Shown here in pieces: positions 15,140-22,501 of a stretch of 32,000 nt of DNA. The notes under the pieces are model-generated. The model saw only the letters and a program-made list of their open reading frames with translations. It had not been told where the DNA came from and searched no databases. Within the stretch, counting starts at the first letter, position 1. Every line of letters begins with the position of its first letter. The position numbers and the translations under genes are program-made. Origin of the DNA: Candidatus Saccharimonadota bacterium (GTDB taxonomy: Bacteria; Patescibacteriota; Patescibacteriia; 2-12-FULL-60-25); NCBI GenBank assembly GCA_016699205.1, contig CP064964.1, positions 90,001 through 122,000 of the forward strand, in the 5' to 3' direction.

Positions 15140-16711
15140 ATGACTCATGATGAATGGCTGGAAGGCTTTAATGCCGCGCCGGATGCCGTTCAGGAGTACC
15201 TGCTCGGTCCCTCTTCTGGAACAGCTGAAGACGCAGCTCAGACGCGATTGGCTTACGATAATGATGCCTGGGACCGCTTGATGGATGCGGTTTGGGATCT
15301 GCTGTTCAAGAAAAGTTCACGCGGCGAGTTTGAAGCAAAATTAAAGATCGTTGCAGGGGATAGAAAACCGGAAGAAGTCGAGCGCGTGGTTTTGCGCTGG
15401 GTTGTATTACCTTTAGCGGATTTGGTTACTTGGGATGTCGAGGCGCGTTTACTCGAACTCGGGGTTCCGATTGGAGAAATTCAGGGTGCCGTGCGCGTTT
15501 CTTTGCGTCCGGTATCGTATGGCGCGGCTGTGCGACGTATTGCATCGACAGCAAAGATTAGCTTGTTGAATGAGGAGATCGTTAGAAAGATTCGTGACGT
15601 CATGGTCTCGGTTATTAAAGGCGTGAGATCAAAGGAACAAGCGCTTGAGATTTTGCAAAGGCAGCAGTCGGAGGGAGGTTTGGGATTCGCTCCTCAACAA
15701 GCACAAGCGTTTATTGCAGAAATGGAAACGTTTTTGGCGACAACGCAGGTCATGTCAGAGCAGGAATATGCCGAGTGGTATCGAAACTTTCAGCAGCAGT
15801 CGAATGCAGAGGAGGCGGAGGCTGCGAGCGCAAAACAGAAATCATCAGGCGACGAATTGAGTGGTGCAGGTATGCCAAAACCAGCCGTAAGCACGGATCC
15901 TGTTTTGGAAGCGGCTATCGATAGTGGGATGGCGCAGATCGGTGATTTGAAGTTGGATGAATATACAGCCAAACGCTTGAGGAATGTTGTGTCTACGCGT
16001 CTACGCGACGTGAGAAATGCCATGCAAACAAGAGCCATGCTGGAACGCGAGACGCATGTTGGCGGCGTGGGTCTGGCTCCGGACGTTGCGGCGCGGGTTG
16101 CTGCTATTATCGAGTCTACGTATCAGACCCAGCATTCTGCAATCGATGAAGAGCAGAGAAAGAGGATCGAGAGCATGCAGGATGAACAGCGTAAGAAGAT
16201 TGATGAACGAAAACAGCGTGAGAGCGAGGAGCATGCGGCTTGGTACAAGCAGAAAGTTGCTGGTGCGAAGGGAGATATAGCCGTTGAGCAGTTGCGGGCA
16301 GCGATGCAGGGGCAGGTTTTAGTGGATAGTGGTCAGGTTTCAGTGCAAGCGAAGCCTTCCATGATTGATATCGTGCCTCCGATGCGTCTTTCTGGACTTG
16401 GTGATGAATTAAAGTCGATGGATATTGAAACATTCCGTAGACAAGCCAAGACGCCAGAGCAGGCGGCTGAGAAGATTTATCAGAAGCTGGAAACCCTAAA
16501 GCGCGAGAACTTTGAACGCTGGACGGATGGCGTTGCCGCTTGGAGATCATCGCCATTACAGCAACAGTATCTGCGTTTAGTAACTGAAAGTTTCTCAACG
16601 GCTAAGCCGGTTGCACAACTCGTAGAGGAGAAGCGTAAAATTGATCCAAATCTACCAACAGCAGAGGAATTGGGAGCGATTATTGCGCTGAATGCCAGGA
16701 TTCAATTTTAG
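15140..16711 (+). CDS. hypothetical soluble acidic protein of the T4SS-like cluster
   Basis: 523 aa, starting 6 nt after the upstream gene. It has no TM segment, an internal duplicated ~50-aa motif and coiled-coil-like E/K/Q-rich stretches. No family was recognised. Confidence 0.75.
   Translation: MTHDEWLEGFNAAPDAVQEYLLGPSSGTAEDAAQTRLAYDNDAWDRLMDAVWDLLFKKSSRGEFEAKLKIVAGDRKPEEVERVVLRWVVLPLADLVTWDVEARLLELGVPIGEIQGAVRVSLRPVSYGAAVRRIASTAKISLLNEEIVRKIRDVMVSVIKGVRSKEQALEILQRQQSEGGLGFAPQQAQAFIAEMETFLATTQVMSEQEYAEWYRNFQQQSNAEEAEAASAKQKSSGDELSGAGMPKPAVSTDPVLEAAIDSGMAQIGDLKLDEYTAKRLRNVVSTRLRDVRNAMQTRAMLERETHVGGVGLAPDVAARVAAIIESTYQTQHSAIDEEQRKRIESMQDEQRKKIDERKQRESEEHAAWYKQKVAGAKGDIAVEQLRAAMQGQVLVDSGQVSVQAKPSMIDIVPPMRLSGLGDELKSMDIETFRRQAKTPEQAAEKIYQKLETLKRENFERWTDGVAAWRSSPLQQQYLRLVTESFSTAKPVAQLVEEKRKIDPNLPTAEELGAIIALNARIQF
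16304..16344 (+). repeat. third copy of the cassette repeat motif, inside a coding region
   Basis: ATGCAGGGGCAGGTTTTAGTGGATAGTGGTCAGGTTTCAGT. The 17-mer AGTGGTCAGGTTTCAGT (16328-16344) is identical to 6501-6517, and the upstream blocks ATGCA/GGGCAGGTTT/AGTGG also match 6483-6505. It encodes MQGQVLVDSGQVSV. Confidence 0.7.
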
Positions 16712-16807
16712 TTGTCATCCCCGTGAAAACGGGGATCCAGCTGAGTGAGATTGAATAAATGCTCGGATTTGTTAAGGCTGGATTCCTGCCTTCGCAGGAA
16801 TGACAAG
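16712..16807. repeat. pair of 30-nt palindromic (REP-like) units in inverted orientation
   Basis: Unit A is TTGTCAT-CCCCGT-GAAA-ACGGGG-ATCCAGC (16712-16741). The reverse complement of unit B (16778-16807) is TTGTCAT-TCCTGC-GAAG-GCAGGA-ATCCAGC. The flanks are identical and the hairpin stems differ by compensatory changes. Confidence 0.8.
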
Positions 16808-16812
16808 CATTG

Positions 16813-16821
16813 TGCTATAAT
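16813..16821 (+). promoter_or_regulatory. extended -10 promoter internal to the T4SS-like cluster
   Basis: TGcTATAAT, with ATG 16830 8 nt downstream. There is no Shine-Dalgarno sequence. Confidence 0.55.
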
Positions 16822-16829
16822 TACATCAA

Positions 16830-17273
16830 ATGCCAGAGAAATTCGTTGTACCTCAATTTATCGATAACGAAGATAAAATTCTCGGCCCGATTACGGTCAG
16901 ACAATTTTTGCTGTCTCTAGGTGGTACATTTGCGATATTTATCGAGTATCGTATTTTTACTTTGCCATTTTTCATCATCTTGGCGATTTTGACTGCAGCT
17001 TTTGTCGGCGTGTTTGGATTCTTGAAGATTAATGGCCAACCATTCCATTTGTTTTTCGTGAATGTCCTGCAAACCATGTCTCGGCCTAGGCTTCGGGTAT
17101 GGCATAAAGCGTTGAATGATGCCGAGTTGAAAGTTTTGGCGATTATGGCGCCTAAGGTGGAAGCGATCACGGCCTCCGTTACCAAGAGTCGTCCGGAATC
17201 GACACGTTTAAGGGATTTGGCTCTCACCGTAAATACGGGCGGGGTGTACAATCCTGATGAAGATCAGTCCTGA
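16830..17273 (+). CDS. PrgI-family (VirB3-like) small membrane protein
   Basis: 147 aa. The N-terminus FVVPQFIDNEDKILGPITVRQFLLSLGG, followed by two hydrophobic helices, is the PrgI-family pattern seen next to VirB4 in Gram-positive-type T4SS. Confidence 0.7.
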   Translation: MPEKFVVPQFIDNEDKILGPITVRQFLLSLGGTFAIFIEYRIFTLPFFIILAILTAAFVGVFGFLKINGQPFHLFFVNVLQTMSRPRLRVWHKALNDAELKVLAIMAPKVEAITASVTKSRPESTRLRDLALTVNTGGVYNPDEDQS

Positions 17274-17961
17274 TATGCAAAGCGCAAAACTAGCCGGACC
17301 TAAACCCGGAGTACCATCACAACGTTTCCTCGATGTCGCAGAGATCCGCGACAATATTGTCATTATGCGCGATGGAACATTACGTTCCATTTTGCTTGTT
17401 TCCAGCATCAACTTTTCGTTGAAGTCTGTTGATGAACAAAATGCCATCGTGCAAGCCTATATGCAGTTTTTGAATGGATTGGATTATCCGATTCAGGTCG
17501 TCATCCAGTCGCGTCGAATGAATATCGATAATTACATGCGCCAGTTGGATGAGAGCGAGAAAGTATTAACCAGCGATCTTTTAAAGCGCCAAATTCATGA
17601 CTATAAAGATTTCGTTGTTCAGCTCGTAAAGCTTGGTGATATCATGCAGAAGCGATTTTACGTGGTTGTTCCGTTGAACCCGGCTACGGACAAGGGGACG
17701 GTGCAGAAGGGATTTGCCCAGCGTTTAGCAGAAATTTTTTCGCCAACCATTGTTGGAAAACTTACAGAGGAACGTTTTCAAAAATTGCAGTTCGATCTCA
17801 GCTTGCGTGTGAATCAAATTATCGGCAGATTGGCGAGTATGTCGCTTAATGCCGTGCAGCTTGATACGCAGAGTTTAATCGAGATGCTGTATACCGTTTA
17901 TAATCCGGAATTGTTTGAAACGCAGCGCATGAGCGATATCAGTAAACTCCAACTCGAATAA
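17257..17961 (+). CDS. hypothetical T4SS-associated protein resembling the extreme N-terminal module of Gram-positive VirB4 ATPases
   Basis: 234 aa. The start is ATG 17257 (17-nt overlap with the upstream gene) or ATG 17275. It carries the pattern QRFLDVAEIRDNIVIMRDGTLRSILLVSSINFSLKSVDEQNAIVQAYMQFLNGLDYPIQVVIQS. The stop lies 1 nt before the virB4 ATG. Confidence 0.7.
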   Translation: MKISPDMQSAKLAGPKPGVPSQRFLDVAEIRDNIVIMRDGTLRSILLVSSINFSLKSVDEQNAIVQAYMQFLNGLDYPIQVVIQSRRMNIDNYMRQLDESEKVLTSDLLKRQIHDYKDFVVQLVKLGDIMQKRFYVVVPLNPATDKGTVQKGFAQRLAEIFSPTIVGKLTEERFQKLQFDLSLRVNQIIGRLASMSLNAVQLDTQSLIEMLYTVYNPELFETQRMSDISKLQLE

Positions 17962-17962
17962 T

Positions 17963-19861
17963 ATGGCCTTTACACCGGAACAAAAACCAGGCTTTGACCC
18001 TTCGCAGATCACGAAGGGCGGTGTTGGCTTGCAAAAAGGCCCAAATAAGGAAGAACGCGCCAAGGCCACAGAAGAACAAAAAATCGCTCTTGAGGAAGAG
18101 CGTATTTATCGTAAGGGTGTTGCATCGATCAAAGATTTGATTGCGCCAGCATCAATGGTCGTTGAACCGTCATTTGTGCGTCTGGGCGATGTTTATTGCC
18201 GTACGCTGTTCGTCGTCACGTATCCGCGTTATGTGACGGTTGGATGGGCCTCGCCGATTATTAACTTGTCGGCACAGTTGGATATCGCGATGTTCTTTTA
18301 TCCGATTAAAGCGGATATCGTTTTGAAGCAGCTCAAGCGTAAAGTCGGTGTCCTTGAAGCGCAGATTTCTTCTGATGCCGAGTCCGGAAAGCCTCGCGAT
18401 CCGATCAATGAGACGGCTTTGCGCGATATCGAGCAGCTGCGTGATGATTTGACGCAGGGTATTGAGCACTTTTTCCAATTTGCGTTTTATTGCACGTTCT
18501 ATTCAAAAGATAAGGATGAGCTGGAGCGTGTAACATCAAGTGTAGAAAGCACATTTGCTGCGATGTTGATTTATACGCGTCGATCGTATTTCCAGGCTGA
18601 ACAAGGCTTCAACTCGACATTGCCGGTTGGAAACGATGAGTTACAGATCACCTTTAACATGAGCACCTCGCCGATTGCGTCGTCTTTTCCGTTTACATCG
18701 GCGGAGCTTACGAGCGATAACGGTATTTTGTATGGCGTGAATCGCCATAATAACTCGCTCATCATTTTTGACCGTTTCTCGCTTCAGAACGCGAATGCGA
18801 TTGTCTTTGCTACTTCTGGTGCCGGTAAATCGTATGCGGTTAAGCTCGAGATCATCCGATCGTTGATGCTTGGCGTGGATGTTATCGTTATCGATCCAGA
18901 ATCGGAATATAAGCATTTGTCCGATGCCGTCGGAGGAACGTATATCAACATTTCTTTGGCCTCGCGCTCCAAGATCAATCCATTTGATTTGCCGAGACCG
19001 ACAGGAGAAGCGTTTGCTGTCGAGGATATTATCCGAAGTGCTGTTATTACGATCAAAGGCTTGCTGCGCTTGATGTTGGGCAAGGTTACGACGACAGAAG
19101 ACTCGATCTTGGACCGAGCATTGCTTGAAACGTACGCCAAGAAGGACATCATGCCGGGCGCTGATCTCTCATCGGTCGAGCCGCCAATTTTGCAGGACTT
19201 CCAGAGTATTCTTGAAGGCATGGAGGGGACGGCCGAGTTGATTGTCAAACTTAAAAAGTTTACGGAGGGCACATTCTCCGGTCTTTTGAACTCGCCGACC
19301 ACCGTGCAGATGAATAATCAGCTCGTGGTTTTCTCGGTGCGTGATCTTGAAGATGAATTGCGATCCATGTCGATCTATACGATTATCAACTACATTTGGA
19401 ATGTGGTGCGATCGGAACGTAAGAAGCGCATTTTGATTATTGATGAGGCTTGGTGGCTGATGCAGTCGGAAGATTCTGCCAAGTTTATCTTTGCTCTCGT
19501 GAAACGCTGCCGTAAGTACTTCTTGGGAATCACGACAATTACACAGGATGTGAATGACTTTTTGACTTCACCTTACGGACAGGCGATTGTAACCAACAGC
19601 TCGATGCAGCTTTTGTTAAAGCAATCGCCGGCTGCCATCGACCTTGTTGCCAGAACATTCTTGCTGACGCAGTCGGAAAAATATCTTTTGCTTGAGTCTG
19701 GCGTTGGTGAGGGTATTTTCTTTGCCGGAGCCAAGCATGCCGCTATTCAGATCGTTGCTTCTTACACGGAGGACCAGATCGTTACAACGAATCCGCAGCA
19801 ACTGCTCAAGATCGAGGCCGCCAAGAAGGAGTTTGAAGAATCACAAAACCCTGGAGTCTAG
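17963..19861 (+). CDS. virB4: VirB4-family type IV secretion ATPase
   Basis: 632 aa. It has a VirB4 N-domain (YCRTLFVVTYPRYVTVGWASPIIN), Walker A FATSGAGKSYAVK, Walker B RILIIDEAWWLM and the downstream motif GITTITQDVNDF. Confidence 0.9.
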   Translation: MAFTPEQKPGFDPSQITKGGVGLQKGPNKEERAKATEEQKIALEEERIYRKGVASIKDLIAPASMVVEPSFVRLGDVYCRTLFVVTYPRYVTVGWASPIINLSAQLDIAMFFYPIKADIVLKQLKRKVGVLEAQISSDAESGKPRDPINETALRDIEQLRDDLTQGIEHFFQFAFYCTFYSKDKDELERVTSSVESTFAAMLIYTRRSYFQAEQGFNSTLPVGNDELQITFNMSTSPIASSFPFTSAELTSDNGILYGVNRHNNSLIIFDRFSLQNANAIVFATSGAGKSYAVKLEIIRSLMLGVDVIVIDPESEYKHLSDAVGGTYINISLASRSKINPFDLPRPTGEAFAVEDIIRSAVITIKGLLRLMLGKVTTTEDSILDRALLETYAKKDIMPGADLSSVEPPILQDFQSILEGMEGTAELIVKLKKFTEGTFSGLLNSPTTVQMNNQLVVFSVRDLEDELRSMSIYTIINYIWNVVRSERKKRILIIDEAWWLMQSEDSAKFIFALVKRCRKYFLGITTITQDVNDFLTSPYGQAIVTNSSMQLLLKQSPAAIDLVARTFLLTQSEKYLLLESGVGEGIFFAGAKHAAIQIVASYTEDQIVTTNPQQLLKIEAAKKEFEESQNPGV

Positions 19862-19871
19862 AATTTAATCT

Positions 19872-20495
19872 ATGAGAAATCGCATTCTACTTATCTTGCT
19901 CGTCATCGCCGCTCTTGCCGGCGTTATTGCCGTTGTCTGGTTCATCTTGCGACCGGTTCTTCCGGGAGGTTTAGCACCTCAGCCGCCTGGATCGACACAG
20001 AATCAAGCTGAGAAGCCGTTTAATCCGACGCCTGCCTTGCCGCAGCCAACGACGTCGACAGGAACGGTTGATGCAACGTCAGCCGCTGAGCGGGAGCGTC
20101 AGGCGCAGGAAGCCTTGAAGCGCACGTCGCTTGATATGGCAGCTCGCTTGAATACCTATTCAAATGCTGATGGATTTGATGCGTTGCGCGTGCTCCAGGC
20201 TAGCGTTGATCCGGCGATGGCATTAAAGCTGGAAGCGACGCGTATTGGCTTGCGTCGTGATCATCCAAGCTTTGGAAATTCCTGGGGCCAAACAGTTCAA
20301 GCTCTCTCGGCCGAGATCAACAGCCCGCCGCCAATTTTGACCGCAACCCAAGCTTCCGTGACTGTTCAGGCGCAAACGACGGTTGAGGATGCTGGGAAAG
20401 CAAATGTTGTTACGCAGAATGGTATCGATCTGACGTTTAAACGCAATGGCAATGCCTGGGTTGTCATCGACATGGGTATCCGCGCTGGCGAATAA
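19872..20495 (+). CDS. hypothetical bitopic membrane protein (possible VirB8-like component)
   Basis: 207 aa with a single N-terminal TM (ILLILLVIAALAGVIAVVWFIL), a Pro-rich linker and a ~120-aa C-terminal domain. It lies directly after virB4. Confidence 0.7.
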   Translation: MRNRILLILLVIAALAGVIAVVWFILRPVLPGGLAPQPPGSTQNQAEKPFNPTPALPQPTTSTGTVDATSAAERERQAQEALKRTSLDMAARLNTYSNADGFDALRVLQASVDPAMALKLEATRIGLRRDHPSFGNSWGQTVQALSAEINSPPPILTATQASVTVQAQTTVEDAGKANVVTQNGIDLTFKRNGNAWVVIDMGIRAGE

Positions 20496-21117
20496 GATAC
20501 TCGATAGCTTATTTCCGCCCGTCTGTATCGGTTGTGGTACAGGCGGGTTTTGGTGTTGTGATGATTGTCTCGAATCGATCGATTTTGCCGTAGTGGCGCC
20601 TCACGTTGAAGGAATTGATCGATTAAAGATTATCGGATCTTATGCGCATCCGGTCCTTAGAAAATTGATGACGAATTATAAATATCGATCCGCAAGATGC
20701 TTTGAACCGACGCTACGCGAACTTGTCAGACGCTGGAGAGATCAGACAGCTTTCAGAATCGAAGGGGATTGGACGATTGTTCCAACACCAACGGATGAGA
20801 AGCACATTTTGGAGCGCGGGTTTGACCATACGGAACATCTGGCGATGATCGTGCGTGATGAGCTCATACCACAAGCGAAGGTCATGAAACTCATGAGGCG
20901 CAATCGCAAGACTGAAGCGAATGCAAATTTACATGATATAGAACTGCGTAAGGGAAATCTTCTGAATTCGATTGAGTGTATCGAGCAGGTGAGTCGGAAT
21001 ATCCTACTAATCGATGACATTGTTACAAGCGGAGCGACAATGGGGGAATGTGCCAAGGCTTTGCGTAACGCTGGGGCAGAAAAGATCGAGGGATTTGCTT
21101 TTGCTTTGGGTGGTTGA
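20446..21117 (+). CDS. comF: ComF-family competence protein (phosphoribosyltransferase-type)
   Basis: It has the N-terminal Cys pairs LFPPVCIGCG...WCCDDC and the C-terminal PRTase motif ILLIDDIVTSGATMGECAKAL. Possible in-frame starts are ATG 20446, ATG 20452 and TTG 20461, all of which overlap the upstream gene by 35-50 nt. Confidence 0.85.
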   Translation: MAMPGLSSTWVSALANKILDSLFPPVCIGCGTGGFWCCDDCLESIDFAVVAPHVEGIDRLKIIGSYAHPVLRKLMTNYKYRSARCFEPTLRELVRRWRDQTAFRIEGDWTIVPTPTDEKHILERGFDHTEHLAMIVRDELIPQAKVMKLMRRNRKTEANANLHDIELRKGNLLNSIECIEQVSRNILLIDDIVTSGATMGECAKALRNAGAEKIEGFAFALGG

Positions 21118-21120
21118 AAT

Positions 21121-21147
21121 AAAAATCCGCATATTGAGCGGATTTTT
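21121..21147. terminator. rho-independent terminator ending the T4SS-comF operon (also faces the convergent SRPBCC remnant)
   Basis: Stem AAAAATCCGC / GCGGATTTTT with a 7-nt loop and a T-run. Confidence 0.8.
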
Positions 21148-21156
21148 ATTTCAGAG

Positions 21157-21591
21157 CTACGCTGTCCTCTCTACGAATTCCTTAAACGCTACCAAATATT
21201 TCATGGATTGTTTTTTAAATGCTCCTGGCATCAAGAAGCCAATAATTTTCATAAATCCCTGAAATTGGAACTCCTGTTCCGTGATATACTTTGTTTTTGT
21301 CTCGGAAATGGGTATAAAAATATTTTTTACAATATTGAATACCCCCTTTGCCTCATACGTACCCGTAATTCTTTTGGAAGATTTCTCACGGTCACTGTTT
21401 CAATCATCTCCATCTCACCTCTGTCCGTCTTGAACTTTAGACGTGATTTTGCACCTACCTGGCCAGGCTCACCGCTTATTGGCTCAAACTGATAAGCCCC
21501 TCCATCCACTCTTTAAGTTGTCTTGGTTATCAAATAACTCAATCACCTTGCTCATTGGCCGGTCGATAACGATTTCTGAAGAGTATTTCAT
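21157..21591 (-). pseudogene. SRPBCC-superfamily protein gene broken by three 1-nt frame shifts as assembled
   Basis: Three consecutive frame segments read MKYSSEIVIDRPMSKVIELFDNQDNLK / EWMEGLIS / FEPISGEPGQVGAKSRLKFKTDRGEMEMIETVTVRNLPKE / (F)TGTYEAKGVFNIVKNIF...FQGFMKIIGFLMPGAFKKQSMKYLVAFKEFVERTA. The shifts map to short runs at about 21512-21514, 21486-21488 and 21367-21368. Confidence 0.75.
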
Positions 21592-21662
21592 AAAATGATA
21601 GTCTAGGATTCTGTTGAAAACAACAGCCTGCGAATAGGGTATTAATGGGGAGGGCCAACCGT

Positions 21663-22043
21663 TTATTTTTTTGAGAAGAACCCTACAGTATTGCCTTCTG
21701 TATCAGAAAAGAAACCGAAGAAACCAAAGCCTTCTACCGGCACTTTTGCCATAAGCACCTTGCCGCCTGCGGCTTCAACACGGTCGAGCTCACTACAGTC
21801 TTCCGAATAGAAATAGACCATGGTTCCAGTGCCCCCTGGTTTGCTTTGATTGTTTTTTACCAATGCTCCGGCTGCACCCTCGCCATCATCAGTCCATGGG
21901 AAGGCATACATCGTCATCCCCATTTCTTCTGGCACAGGCATCTTATGAAGCTCTTTACCGATTACTGTCTCATAAAATTTTTTAGCTCGATCCATGTTAT
22001 CGACAGAGATCTCAAACCATGTCACGACGTTCTTGTTTGTCAT
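21663..22043 (-). CDS. VOC-family (glyoxalase/bleomycin-resistance fold) protein
   Basis: 126 aa with the pattern VTWFEISVDNMDRAKKFYETVIG...GTMVYFYSEDCSELDRVEAAGGKVLMAK...GFFGFFSDTEGNTVGFFS. Confidence 0.85.
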   Translation of the reverse strand: MTNKNVVTWFEISVDNMDRAKKFYETVIGKELHKMPVPEEMGMTMYAFPWTDDGEGAAGALVKNNQSKPGGTGTMVYFYSEDCSELDRVEAAGGKVLMAKVPVEGFGFFGFFSDTEGNTVGFFSKK

Positions 22044-22063
22044 AGTATGTATATTATAGTTAA

Positions 22064-22501
22064 TTACTTTTCAGTTTTATACCGTTTCTTCATCTCAGCG
22101 TAAGAGCGCTTTATAACAGCCCTAAGTACTTTGAGATCTATATCCTCAATGCTTTTTATCGCAAGACATGATTTGCCAGAGAATTTGTACTTGCCGAGAT
22201 TTTCCATGTCTTTTTTGCCATTCTCCCAGCCAATCATATTGTATAAAGTAAAGCCGGCCGATGAGCTTGTGAAGCCCGTGATGAGATGGGTATGTTCACC
22301 GCCTTTGCTATCTAGGTAGTGATATTTTCCAAAGCCAAATATCTTGTTCCACATTACACAGGGCGAGCCTGTGACTTTTGTGTATAGGTCAATCAATGCA
22401 AGTGCTTCACGATGCTTTTTTTCTTTTCCCTTGAGGTTTTCTTTCAAAAACGTTTCAGGACTAATGGCTGTTGGTTGCGTTTTGTTGGTGTATGTTTTCA
22501 T
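22064..22501 (-). CDS. DUF1801 (YdhG-like) domain protein
   Basis: 145 aa with the pattern NKTQPTAISPETFL...VMWNKIFGFGKYHY...GFTSSSAGFTLY...LGKYKFSGKSCLAIKSIEDIDLKVL. The start overlaps the stop of the upstream GNAT gene (ATGA). Confidence 0.8.
   Translation of the reverse strand: MKTYTNKTQPTAISPETFLKENLKGKEKKHREALALIDLYTKVTGSPCVMWNKIFGFGKYHYLDSKGGEHTHLITGFTSSSAGFTLYNMIGWENGKKDMENLGKYKFSGKSCLAIKSIEDIDLKVLRAVIKRSYAEMKKRYKTEK

Noticed and set aside
16116-16598. A 160-aa minus-strand ORF.
   Set aside because: It is antisense to the 523-aa cluster gene, starts with TTG, and shows no motifs or expression signals.
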